Shown here piece by piece: positions 13,716 through 26,256 of a stretch of 64,000 bases of DNA (the first letter of the stretch is position 1; each line of letters opens with the position of its first letter). Below the pieces are notes generated by a model. The model had not been told where the DNA came from, searched no databases, and was given only the letters and a program-made list of their open reading frames with translations. The DNA comes from the human T2T-CHM13v2.0 reference genome, Homo sapiens: NCBI RefSeq assembly GCF_009914755.1, contig NC_060925.1; one strand, written 5' to 3'. The position numbers and the translations under genes were made by a program.

Positions 13716-13953
13716 AAGAGATCAATAATAAATTCTTTTAAGACAAGGTAGTGTTTTATACATTTTTATATCCCTAGGACTTGGCTCAATACCTGTTTTT
13801 GCTATGGATAAGGATGATTCCAGGTTACTGTTCCTTGTTTTAAAGATGTCGCTGCAGACTCCTGGCCAAACCTGTGGCTCACAGCAGGCCTAGCAATATT
13901 CTCAAGCACACTTCTTGGTTCACACTATGTAATCATGACAAAATTAATTACAG

Positions 13954-14147
13954 GCTGAGTGGCTGCTCTGTGTGTACTAGGTGTTTAACATATAATCTCT
14001 AATTCTAAACACAATCCTACAAGGTTAACATTATTCTCTGCCAGAGAAACTGAGACAGAGGGAAGTTAAATAACTTTCCCAAGATCATACAACAAGTCAT
14101 TGGCAAAAGTGGGATGTGAATCCAGGCTTGTCTGTCTATGAAAGCCT
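13954..14147 (-). mobile_element. MIR SINE
   Basis: gagaaactgagacagagggaagttaaataactttcccaagatcatac...ggatgtgaatccagg. Confidence 0.8.
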
Positions 14148-14578
14148 TAATATTTCTGTTATCCCTTTTCCTATCTAGAGTTTATATTTTAGCAACATAA
14201 ATGAAACTATAAAGTAAAGGTTTATAGTTTAGAAAAAGGAAAGAAAAAAAGGGAAAGTTTGGTTATAACCCTGCCACCTGAAAAAAATCCAGCTGTTTTA
14301 ATTTGCCATGTGTTCATCCTGTGTGTGTCCACATGTATATCAAGTGAATTTGGTAGACATGCCATTTGTGTTTTGCTATCTTTCTCTCTCTCTCTTTTTT
14401 AACCAAACGTTACATCAGAAGCTTTTTCCAATGTCTGGTCATAGTCTTTGTGATTGTAATTTTAACGACTTGCTCTTCATTTCTGATCTTGACGTTAATA
14501 AGACTCTCCCAACTCCAGTGGCTCCCCTGTCCCTTCTCCTTTCCAGTCACTGCTCTGTAAGTGCATTTGGCTTTTATT

Positions 14579-14872
14579 GGAGGCAGCTGTGAAGAGAGTG
14601 CTGAACTCGCTGCCAGAAAAGTTGGACTGAGTCCCAGATCTGACAGTTACTAGTTGTGTGACCTTGGGCAAGTCAGGTTCATTCAATTTCAAGCTCCTCC
14701 TTTGGTCTGTGAGCACCTTTAAGGCAGGGATTATTTTGTTTCTCCTTTGTAGGCTCTGTTTCTGGCACAGAGTATGAGATCAATACATGCTTGATAAAGT
14801 CTCTCAAATTCCTCATCTGTAAAATGGGATAATTACACATATTCCTTAAAGATATGGTAATTAAATGAGGCT
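14579..14872 (+). mobile_element. MIR split by an L2 3' end (L2 about 14690-14798)
   Basis: ttactagttgtgtgaccttgggcaagtca | ctgtgagcacctttaaggcaggga...tctggcacagagta | ctcaaattcctcatctgtaaaatggg. Confidence 0.7.
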
Positions 14873-15845
14873 TTATATACACACACATACACATACACAA
14901 ACATACATTCTCCGCAGTTGTAAATCATAGTATAAATATAAGTTGTTATAACTATTATCATTGCTGGTTTTATACAATTCACATAAAAGTCCACTCAATT
15001 ATCTGGAAGAGCAGCAAACTTCCTGACTGAAAGCCTCATCTTTCATCCAGATGTTTGGTATCCTGTAGGCACAGTAGACCACAGACTTAAAGGAATCAGT
15101 GCTTATGCTGACTTGTTTGTACTGCTTTGACATGATGTCGTCTGCCTTGACAATAGAGGCTGCATATGTTTAACTTGCTGGGTATAACACCATGCACAGC
15201 CAGGACCTAAATAAGTGCACTTTAGCGTGATTAAAGTGAGAGATGTGGAATGTTTTTTAAAAGTTCAGGTCCAAGTGACACAGCAGTTTGCAACAACTCA
15301 TTCTAGTTGGTGCAGTCATTTGCTGGGGGGCATACTAGGATAATTGGGTTTATCCACAAGGAAACAGTCCAATAGTGTGGGAGCAGTTTTCCATTTTTTC
15401 CAGGTAAAAAGACAATGGCTCTACAGAAACGAAAGGAAATCGTCCAGAGACTTGTGAAATAATTCTTATCTCATCTGTTCTTGTGATAATAATTCTTTTT
15501 CACAAAATAAGTCCTAAGAGCCAAAATTTTCCATCATCTACATAATATCAACATTGTAATTCTCAGTATTAACAAAGATTAAGTTGTTTTCAAGGCTGGT
15601 TGACTCAAAAAAACCCAGAAACATGCTGGCAGATAACACTGGGAAATAAATGCTTTTTAAAATTTTAACATTTTATTTAGAGTGTATTATTGTTATTTGC
15701 AGGAAGGTTAATACAATGCAAGCTACTCTACCATTACTAGAAGCACACTCTTTCATACTGCTTTTAAACTACATTAATCAAATGAAACAATATTTTAAAA
15801 GTACACACCTGAAAAAATGACCACAAACAATATGTGTGCTGACTG

Positions 15846-18516
15846 ACAAACTAGAAAATCTAGAGGAAATTGATAAATTCTTGTAAACACAATCCCCCTA
15901 CTTTGAATCAGGAAAAAATAGAAATCATGAAGAAATCAGTAAGAAGTAGTGAGATTGAATCAGTAATGAAAAGTCTGCCAAGAACAACATAAAGCCTAGG
16001 ACCAGATAGATTTACAGCTGAATTCCACCAGATATTTAAAGAAGAATTGGTACCAATCTTAGCGAAACTATTCCAAAAGATTGAGAAGGAGAGAATCCTC
16101 CCTAATTCTTTCTACAAAGCCAGTATGACCTGGATACCAAAGCCAGGAAAGGACATAACAACAACAACAACAAAACAGAAAGCTACAGACCAATATCCCT
16201 GATGAACATAGATGCAAAACTTCTCAACAAAATACTAACAAACCAAATATAAGAGAATATTTAAAAAATTCACTATAATGAAGTAGGTTTCATTCCAGGG
16301 ATCAGAGAAGGTTCAACATACACAAGTCCATAAATGTGATACAACACATAAACAGGATTAAAAACAAAAACCGCATGATCATCTCAAGAGATGCAGAAAA
16401 AGCACTTGATAAAATCCAGCATCACTTTATGATAAAAACCCTTAACAAACTAGGACTAGAAGGAACATGCCTCAGAATAATGAAACCGTATATGGAAAAC
16501 TCACAACCAACATCATACTGAATGGGGGAAAAGTTGAAAGCATTCCCCTAAGAACTGGAACAAGACAAAGATGCCCACTTTCACCACTTCTATTCAACAT
16601 AGTGCTGAAAGTCCTAGCCAGAGCAATTGGGCAAGAGAAAGAAATGCAAAGTACCCATATGAGAAAAGAGGAAATCAAACTATCTCTGTTTGCCCATGAT
16701 ATGACCTTGTATCTAGAAAACCCTAAAGACTCCTCCAAAAGACTCCTGGATTTGATAAATGAATTCAGTAAAGTCTCAGCTTACAAAATCAATATACACA
16801 AATCGGTAGTACTGTTATACACCAACAGTGACCAAGCTGAGAATCAAATCAAGAACTCAATCTCTTTTACAGCTGCTGTAAAAATAAAATAGAATAGTTA
16901 GGAATATACTTAACCAAGGAGATGAAAGAGCTCTACAAGGAGAACTACAAAACAGTGCTGAAAAAAATCATAGGTAATACAAACAAATGGAAATACATCC
17001 CATGTTCATGTACTGGAAGAATTAGTGTCATAAAAATGACTATATTGCCCAAAACAATTTACAGATTTAATGCAATTTCTTTCAAAATACCAACATCATT
17101 CTTCACAAAATTAGAAAAAAAAATCCTAAAATTCATATAGGACCAAAAAAGAGCCTGAATAGCCAAACCAATCCTAAGCAAGCAAAATGAATCTGGAGGC
17201 ATCATATTACTTGACTTCAAATTATATAAGGCTATAGTAACCAAACCAACATGGTACTGGTCTAAAAATAGGTACGTAGTCAAATGGAATAGAATAGAGA
17301 AGCCAGAAATAAAGCCAAACACAACCAACTGATCTCTGACAAAGCATACAAAAACACAAACTAGGGAAAGCACACCCTTTTCAATAAATGGTGCTGGGAA
17401 ATTTGGATAGCCACATGTGAAAAATGAAACTGGATCCCTATCTCTCACCATGGATAAAAATTAATTCAAGTTGAATTAAAGACTTAAATCTAAGACCTGA
17501 AACCATAAAAATTCTAGAAAAAAACCTAGGAAAAATTTTTCTGGACCTTGTCCTAGGCAAAGAATTTATGATGAAGACCTCCAAAGCAAATGCAACAAAA
17601 AGAAAGGTAGACAAACAGGACTTAATTAAACTAAAAAGCTTCTGCACAGAAAAAAAAAAAATTATCAGAGTAAGCAGACAGCCTACAGAATGGGAGAAAA
17701 TATTTGCAAACTATATACACAACAAAGGACTAATATCCTGAATCTACAAGGAAATCAAACAATCAGCAAGAAAAAAAAACAAATAATCCCATTAAAAAGT
17801 GGGTAAATGACATAAATAGACATTTCTCAAAAGAAGATATACAAAAGCCATATGAAAAAAATGCTTAACACCATGAATCATCAGATAAATACATTAAAAC
17901 CACGAGAGACCACCTTACTGCCACCAAAGTTGCCATTGATAAAAAGTTAAAAAATAATAGATATGGTGGATATGGTAAAAAGAGAAGCTTTACATGCTGA
18001 TGGTGGGAATGTAAATTAGTACAACCTCTACGAAAAATAGTATTAAAATTTCTCAAAAAAACTAAAATTAGATCTACCATTCAATCCAGCAATCCCACTA
18101 CTGGGTATCTACCCAAAAGAAAATAAATCATTATATCAAAAAGACACCTGCATGCATATGTCTATTATGGTGTAATTCACAATTGCAAAGATATGAAATC
18201 AACCTAAATGCCCATCAACTGGTAAGTGGATAAGGAAAATATGGTATATCATGGAGTACTATTCAGCCATAAAAAAAAGAATGAAATAAAGTCCTTTGCA
18301 GCAACTTGGATGGAATTGGAGGCCACTATTCTAAGTACAGTAACTCAGGAATGGAAAACCAAATACTGTATGTTCTCACTTATAAGTGGGAGCTAAGCTA
18401 TGGGTATGCAAAGGCAGACAGAGTGGTATAATGGACACTGGAAACTCAGAGAAGGGCAAGCAGGAAGGGGGCAAGTGATTAAAAAAATCTACCTGTTGGG
18501 GTACAATATACACTAT
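15846..18516 (+). mobile_element. L1PB-type LINE-1, 5'-truncated; decayed ORF2 (RT domain) and 3' UTR
   Basis: ORF 16467-16892 contains [17 protein letters not shown] and LSLFAHDM (degenerate FADD); multiple stops and frameshifts; 3' UTR gagctaagctatgggtatgcaaaggc typical of L1PB. Confidence 0.95.
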
Positions 18517-18809
18517 ACTACATGTGATTTTATAGTTTATCTTATTTTTTAACACACTAGAAAATATTTTTACTCTGTAATTTAAGGTTAATTCATTTTG
18601 CCACTTAAGCAGAAGAGATAACTTCAAAAATAACTATGATTTATCTCTATTTATTCTTTGATTCTTAAATTCAATTTAACTGGGTATATGTTCACTCTGA
18701 ATTTTCACCAAATTTATTTATAAATTAATGAAATAAATACATATTTTTAAAAATCAGCAAACAAAACAAGACATGTAAGGAATAGTGGAGAATAAAAGAT
18801 AAAGAACTA

Positions 18810-18877
18810 GTAGGTTGGTGCAAAAGTAATTGTGGGTTTTGCCATTGAAACCCGCAATTACTTTCACACCAACTGAA
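18810..18877. mobile_element. MADE1 (Hsmar1-derived Tc1/mariner MITE), internally shortened
   Basis: taggttggtgcaaaagtaattgtgggttttgccatt...aaacccgcaattactttcacaccaac; TA dinucleotides on both sides. Confidence 0.92.
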
Positions 18878-21295
18878 TAGTATCTTTAAAGTGCTGAAAC
18901 TAAAACAAAACAAAACAAAACAAAACAAAACCTGTCAACCTAGAATTCTATACTCAGCAAAAATTTACTTCAAGAGTGAAAGCAAAATTAAGATTTTTTA
19001 GATAAAATCAGAGAGAAACCAATTCCAGGAGACATAATTATAACTGCTAAATAAATTCTTCAGACTAGAAATTTAGACCTATAAAAAATGAAGAGAACTC
19101 AAAATTGTAAATATGTAAAAAAAATAAAACATGCTGTGTTTTTCTTCTCTCAGTTTCTTTAAAAGATAACTTGGTTACAGTCATGATGGAATAACAGAAC
19201 TAGACTTACCCTCCCACTATGAACAACTAGAAAGCTGAATAAATATATGAAACAATGTTTTCAACAAAGGACAACAGGCAGCATGAGCTTATAATTCCTG
19301 TAAGAAGGAAAATATATGAAGTGAAAGCTATACAGCAGGACTGTATTTCTGCTATTCTAGTAGGAGGCACATTCTAAATGAAAGTATAGGAGAAGTATCC
19401 TAAGCAGAATAAAAAGTAGTCTCGTTAGGTGATTATACAGAGCTCAGAGTTCAGGGAGGCTGAGGTAACTGGAACTCATGGGGCAGAGCTCTGTAGAGGA
19501 GGAAGCTAAACAGAAAAATAGATCCAGAAATCTGTATCTTAAATGTCCAACTGAGTCTTTGCTGAATACCAAGCTGCACATGTGTAGAGTGAAATTCCAC
19601 AAAGGTTGGGCAAAGAAAGTCTGTGGAGCTATAAGCTGAGCAATGACTAGATCTCACACAGGACTGGGACACAATTGTATTCCGACCAGCATGAAAGAGT
19701 TCTCTTTAATCACCCAATGGCACAAAATAGAGACTCCTGGTGGGGGTTGGGGGATGTCATACTTTATTAGTAAGGTGAAAATATCTCTAGAAAAAGTGAG
19801 TTCTATTCTAGACTCACAACAACAAAAAGCTTAAAAACAACTTCTGAAAGGATTAAGATTACTGAACATTATTTACTTTCCTGAAGAAATGAAGCATAAT
19901 TCTATTGTTTAAAATGGCAACAAATTGAGCCACTCAACAACATAAAATTCATAATATCCAGTGAGCAACTAAATATTTCTAGACATGACAAGAAGAAGAA
20001 AAATGTGAAAAATAATAATAAATCAGTCAATAGAAATGAACATCAAAATAAAAATGATAATGGGAACAGCAGGCAAACATGCTAAAATAGCTCTTACAAA
20101 TATGTTTAAGTATTTTAAGAAAACAAACATAATGATAAGAGAAATAGTACAAAAAGAACCAACTAGTACTTTGGGAATGGAAAAATTCTGAACATTTCAC
20201 AACATCTGAAATAAAAACTCACTGGATGGGATTAACAAAAGATAAGACACAACAGGAAGAAACGAGTGAACTTGAAAACATGCAATAGAAAATATTCAAT
20301 TTGAAGCACAGAGAGAAAAAAGAATTAAAAAAACAGTGTCTTTGTGATGGGTAAAATAATATCAAGCATAGTCTAATGTAAAATAAATATCAAGGTGGTA
20401 GACTTATACCCAACCATATCAATAATTACATTGAAGGAAAGGGCATAAATCATCCAATTAAAAGGCATAGATTGTGAGACTAGTTAATAATTCAAAACCT
20501 GACTATGTGCTATTGAAAAGGAACCCACCCAAAAAATAGTTTAAAGGTAAAAGGATAGAAAAGATATGCTATTGATCACTCATACATTGCTAGTGAGAAT
20601 GTAAAATGGTATTGTCATTCTGGAAAGGAGTATGGCAGTTTCTTACAAAACCAAACAATCTAATAAACGTTAGCTACAAAAAAACTTGTAGCTAACATAG
20701 TGCTCAATGAAAGAAAGACAGAGTTTGCCCGCCACACCCACCCCAGATATCATAATCAAGGCGAAAATGTTAATACTCACTACCACTTTTCAATATTTTA
20801 CTGTAGGCTTCAAATGATACAATCTTGTATATATTATTTATTTTCTTATAAAAATAAAGCATAGTGTTATTTTCCATTAAATTCCATAAAATCCTAAGAA
20901 TCTACAAAAAAGTTGCCAAAAGTAATGTGAGTGTAGCAAGATCACAGGATAAAAGGACAATATAGAAAAATTAATAATTAATAGCAATTCCATATACTGG
21001 TAATGAAATTAGAAAATGAAGTTGAAAAACATTACCATTTACAGTAACATCAAATTTGGAATTCTTCAAGATAAATTTAACAATTATAGGCCAGACTGTA
21101 CAATGCAAACTACAAAACATTGTTGAGTGAAATTAAAGAAGACCTAAGTAAAATGAGGTATAAACCAATGTTCCCAGATGAGACGACTCAATATTGTTAA
21201 AATGGCAGTTCCCCCCAAATGGTCCACAGATGCAATGCAATCCTACCAACAATCCCAGAATGTTTTCCATTGCAAACTATGCAATATAGTTCTAA

Positions 21296-21649
<354 letters not shown>

Positions 21650-22469
21650 AATAATTTTTAAAAGAGAAAGAAATTCAGAGGATTAAACTACTTGATTTTA
21701 ATACTGTGAAGCTATAGTAAACTGTGAAGCTATAGTAAATAAGACAGTGTGATATTGATGTAAGGATAGATAAATATGCCAATGAGACAAAACAGAAAAT
21801 TCGGAAACAGACCCACACATTCATGGTTGATTGATTTTTACCAAAGGCATCAAGATAATTCAATAAGAATAGGTAGTCTTTTCAACAATGGTGTTGGAAC
21901 AATTGGCTATCCATTTTTTAAAAATAAACCTCAGCATTTAACTTATTCCTTACATAAATATTATCTTGAAATTAATCTTAGATCTGAAAGTAAAAGCTAA
22001 AACCATAAAACTTCTACAAGAGAACACTGAGGAAAATCTTTGCAAACTCAAGATAAGCAAAAAATTTTATAGATAAAATTAAAATAACTGTGAACCATGA
22101 AAATTGTTAAACATTGTTTCGTTTTCACAAACATTAAAAACTTTTGCTCTTTGTCATTGTTAAGAAAATGAAAAAGGCAAACCACAGACTGGAAGGAAAT
22201 ATTTGTCTCACATGTATCTGACAAAAAACTTCTATTTGAAATATATAAAGAATTCTTACAGTTCTGTAATAAAAAGACAAATGATCCAATAAAGATTTTA
22301 ACACCACTTCACAAAGGAAAATATACAAATAGACTCTAAGGGAGAGCATGTGATCAGAGAAAAGAGAGGCATTTCATAATAATAAAATGAGGGCATCATA
22401 ATGAATTCATTAGGAAGACATAACAATCATAAATGAGTATTCACTTAATAGCAAAGCTTTTACATTTAT

Positions 22470-22776
22470 TTTATTATTATTATTATTTTTTTTGAGATGG
22501 AGTCTTGGTCTGTCGCCCAGGCTGGAGTGCAGTGGTGTGGATCTCGGCTCACTGCAACCTCTGCCTCCCAGGTTCACGCCTTTCTCCTGCCTCAGCCTCC
22601 TGAGTAGCTGGGACTGCAGGCGCCCGCCACCACGCCTGGCTAATTTTTTTGTATTTTTAGTAGAGACGGGGTTTCACCGTGTTAGCCAGGATGGTCTCAA
22701 TCTCCTGACCTGGTGATCTGCCTGCCTAGGCCTCCCAAAGTGCTGGGATTACAGGCATGAGCCACCGCGCCTGGCC
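22470..22776 (-). mobile_element. AluY/AluSc-like
   Basis: Full Alu; perfect 15-bp TSD agcttttacatttat at 22455-22469 and 22777-22791. Confidence 0.97.
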
Positions 22777-22859
22777 AGCTTTTACATTTATGAAATGAAA
22801 ACTGACAGAACTAAAGGAAGACAGACAAATCCATGTAATAGATGAAATTTTTAACTGTT

Positions 22860-23156
22860 CTCATTCCAAATTTACCACCTTACAACTTTTCTACAATGCA
22901 TGTTACCCTGGATGAGCCATCTTGGCTTCAGAAATGTGTCAGGCAGTTGGATAGAATGAAAAGGAGGAGACCTGTGTTCTGGGACTGGATCTGACCCTAA
23001 GGACCTTTGAGCAAACTTCATTTAGTCATTCAACAATTATGTATCGAGCTTCTTCCATGGGCCCCAGATTCCCTAGAAGCAGCAATCCAGAAACAATCTG
23101 TTCTCTGGGTTTATGGTTTAATGGAGTACACAGGTGAGTACCTCTCTGAGACTCAG
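22860..23156 (+). repeat. Diverged direct duplication, copy 1 (pairs with 25990-26256)
   Basis: Manual alignment; core 23069-23141 matches 26168-26240 at 65/73 positions without gaps. Confidence 0.9.
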
Positions 23157-23189
23157 TTTTCCTGTTTCTGAAATGTGGGCCACAGCAAC

Positions 23190-23460
23190 AATATGGAAAT
23201 ATCATAAATGGCCAGCCACATATGTATGCACAAATACACTGTGGTATAATCATGAGAATCTACACAACAGTGAAATGGATCAACTGGAACCATATTTATC
23301 AATGTGAATAAGTAAATAAAGTGAACCAGAGAATGATACATTAGTAGAGTATTCATATAAGATTTTAAAACGTGCAAACCAGTGATGGGTTATAGGCACG
23401 TATCTACAGTAAAGGCAAAAAATCATGCATGGGAATAATATATCAAATGTGGGAAAAGGT
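23190..23460 (+). mobile_element. L1ME-like 3' end fragment
   Basis: aaatacactgtggtataatcat...agagtattcatataagattttaaaacgtgcaaac. Confidence 0.55.
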
Positions 23461-23817
23461 CTTTGGACTTTTATGGTAAGAAAGAGAGCTCTTGAAAGTC
23501 ATGAACATAGCAAGTTAAAATTTTGGTAGAAAGATTGAAAGATAAAATGGAAGAAATATTTCAGAAACTATAGCAAAAATAAATGAAAATTAGCAGTGAA
23601 AAGATATAAAATTAGAGGAATAATCCAGGAGGTCCAGTAACTGAATAATAGGAGTTCAAAAAAGAAGCCAGAGAAGACAAAGGGGAGGAAAATATCAATG
23701 AAATAAAATTTTCCAGAACTAAAGTTTATGAGTCTTCAGGGCCCACTGAGTGTCTAGCACAATGGTTAAAAATAGATCCACATCCAAGCACATGCATGTG
23801 AAGTTCCAGAATATTGG

Positions 23818-24400
23818 TGTATTTGTCAGGATTATTAATGCCAGCTCCTGAAGCAGACAACCCTCAAAAATCTCAGTGGCTTAATGAAACTGCTTGTTTC
23901 TCATTTATGCAAAATACAGTGCAGAAGTGTCCAATCTTTTGGCTTTCCGGGGCCACATTGGAAGAAGAAGAATAGTCTTGGGCCACACATAAAATCCAGT
24001 AGCACTAATGATAGCTGATAAGCTAAAAAAAGAAAAAAAAATTGCAAAAAAGTCTCATACTGTTTTATAAAAGTTTACAAATTTGTGTTGGGCCGCATTC
24101 AAGGCTGTCCTGGGCTGCATGCGGCCCATGGGCTGCGAGTTGGATGGCCTTGGTCTAATGTATTTCAGGTGGTCCCACCTCACCTTGTAAACATGCCACT
24201 TGAATCATGTGTCCCTTGAAGTACCTGTGGCAGGAGAAAATAGGGTTGAAGGAAGCACACTGGCTTTTAGCTTCCTTAGCTTGGAGGTGACGTGTCACTT
24301 CTGCTCCCAGGCCACTTGCAAGAACATGGCTCCAACCTAACTATGGGAGAGGCTGGAAAACCCAGAGGGGCACATGCAATACTTGGTGTTTTGTATACCA
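23818..24400 (-). mobile_element. MLT1 (old MaLR) LTR
   Basis: tgtatttgtcagga...aaatctcagtggctta; gaggtgacgtgtcacttctgctc...catggctccaacctaactatgggagaggctgg. Confidence 0.7.
23922..24152. mobile_element. MER30 hAT-Charlie DNA transposon
   Basis: gtgtccaatcttttggcttt..ggccacattggaagaagaagaat...gggccgcattcaaggctgtcctgggctgcatgcggccc. Confidence 0.92.
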
Positions 24401-25549
24401 ATATGGGTTATAAAAGGAAGATCCTATGCATTTTCAGAGAAAACCAAACTGTTCATATACAAAAGATCAAGAAGCAAAAAGGCTTTGGATTTCTCAATAG
24501 CAATACTGGAAATGAGAAAAAATGGAGTAATGCTTTAAAATTTTTCAATGTAAGCAACTTATACCTGGAAATCTATACCAAGCCAAACTATCAATCAAGG
24601 GTCAGTGCAGAGTAAACCAATTTTCAGATATTGAAGGTCTCAACTTGCCTTACCTTTTCTCAGGAACCTACCACAGAATGTGTTCCATTAAGTGAGATAG
24701 AAAATCAAACAAGAGGAAGACAAAGGATCCAGGAAGTAAGAGACCCAATACAGGAGAGAAGTGAGAATTCTCAGGATGATGGTGAAGGGAGATCCTGTGA
24801 TGAGAGCTGTGCACCTGGCAGAGAAAAAAATAAACAAACAAACAAAAAGTCAGATAGTAGCAGGTGAGAAAACTTCAGGAGAGGCGTCTTCTAGAAGATA
24901 TAGTTGACAGATTACCTGGAGTATCTGAATATGTTGAGAGAAAATGTAAACAATTGGCACTGAGTTTGTTGAATTAATCATAGTTAGGAAAAGAAGAAAA
25001 TGGGGGAAAAGATAATTATTAAATCTAGAGAAAGCAAAAAGTTCTGCAGGGAAGGAATTAATTAGAGCTTACCATAAAACTCAGCTGTGAGTTGCATAAT
25101 AGTCATCATCCCAAATATTGTTCTAATCAAAGTTGTGATCTACGTATACTGAGAGGTTGAAGGGATGGGAAGAATGTATGTGGCAGAGTGGGCAGGGGAT
25201 GGGGGCAAGGGAAGAGCCAAACTTCACCTTTTACTGTGAAAACTTAGTTGATAATTCCTAAAACTGGAAAAAAATGTAGCAAATATTTTAAGAGGTAGGA
25301 AGTAAATACCCAAGGAACCCAAAGAATCAGCAAGAGGAAATGCAAGGGGTTGCTGTGGGGAGAAAGAAATGCAGGGGCAGGGAGGCTGGGGACTACCATT
25401 TGACTTCATAAACTTTGATCTAGTTGACTATGTGCTTGTATAACTTTGATAAAAAACAGTTAAAAAATGGCATGTTCCAGATCCAAGCAGATATGCTCAG
25501 GGTTGTCTGTTGTTTTGGGTTATCCATAGACATTAAATGTAGTATTAAA

Positions 25550-25810
25550 CTATTTTATTTTGATATATTATAGGTAAACCAAAAGTATAAATAATAATAC
25601 AACAAACTCCTGTGTACCTACCAGCTCGCACAAAAGATAAAATATTTAAGGTTCAATCGAAAACTTCTGAGTGCATCTTCCAATTCCCCTCCTCCCCAGA
25701 GATAATAATTTTTCTAAATTTGGTATCTTGTTCCCATGCTTGTTTTACTACAAAGACATGTGTCCATAATCTATTAGTAAAGACCTTTGTGGTAATGGTA
25801 TTATGCATTC
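25550..25810 (-). mobile_element. L1ME-like 3' fragment
   Basis: caacaaactcctgtgtacctaccagc...ccctcctccccagagataataatt. Confidence 0.5.
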
Positions 25811-25989
25811 ATAACGATTGACACATGTATATGACTGAGTCATCTGAGCTTCATCTTGATAAAGCAGATCCTCCTCAATTTCGCCTTGCTTTCACCAATA
25901 TCCTGTCAAAAGTGCAGTCTTACTGCTGTGCAGTCCTGTGAATGGTGATTGGTCCTGACCCAATCACATGCCGGAAGGAAAAGAAATTC

Positions 25990-26256
25990 CTCACTCAGAA
26001 TTCCTCACCTTACATTTCTGCAATGTGCGTTGCCCTGGAAGAGCTTCTTTGGCCTCAGGGAATGTCAAGAAGTTGGGTAAAATGAAAGGGAGAGATCTGT
26101 CATCTGACACTGAGCTTCTTTGAGGAAACTTCATTCAGTCATTCAACAAATATGTACTGAGCTTCAGTTCCCTAGAGGCAACAATCCAGATGCAATCTGC
26201 TCTCTGGATTTATGATTTAATGGAGCACACAGGTGAGTACATATCTCTGAGACTCA
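25990..26256 (+). repeat. Diverged direct duplication, copy 2
   Basis: Aligns to 22860-23156 with a few short indels. Confidence 0.9.

Larger units (their letters stand above)
23480..25470 (+). mobile_element. HAL1 (half-L1)-like element with nested MLT1 and MER30
   Basis: ORF1-like aatccaggaggtccagtaactgaataataggagttc; ccaaactatcaatcaag...caggatgatggtgaagggagatcctgtgatgagagctgtgca typical of HAL1. Confidence 0.7.

Noticed and set aside
16336-17140. Reverse-transcriptase ORFs as a functional gene
   Set aside because: Fragmented L1 ORF2 with frameshifts and stops; catalytic FADD is mutated to FAHD
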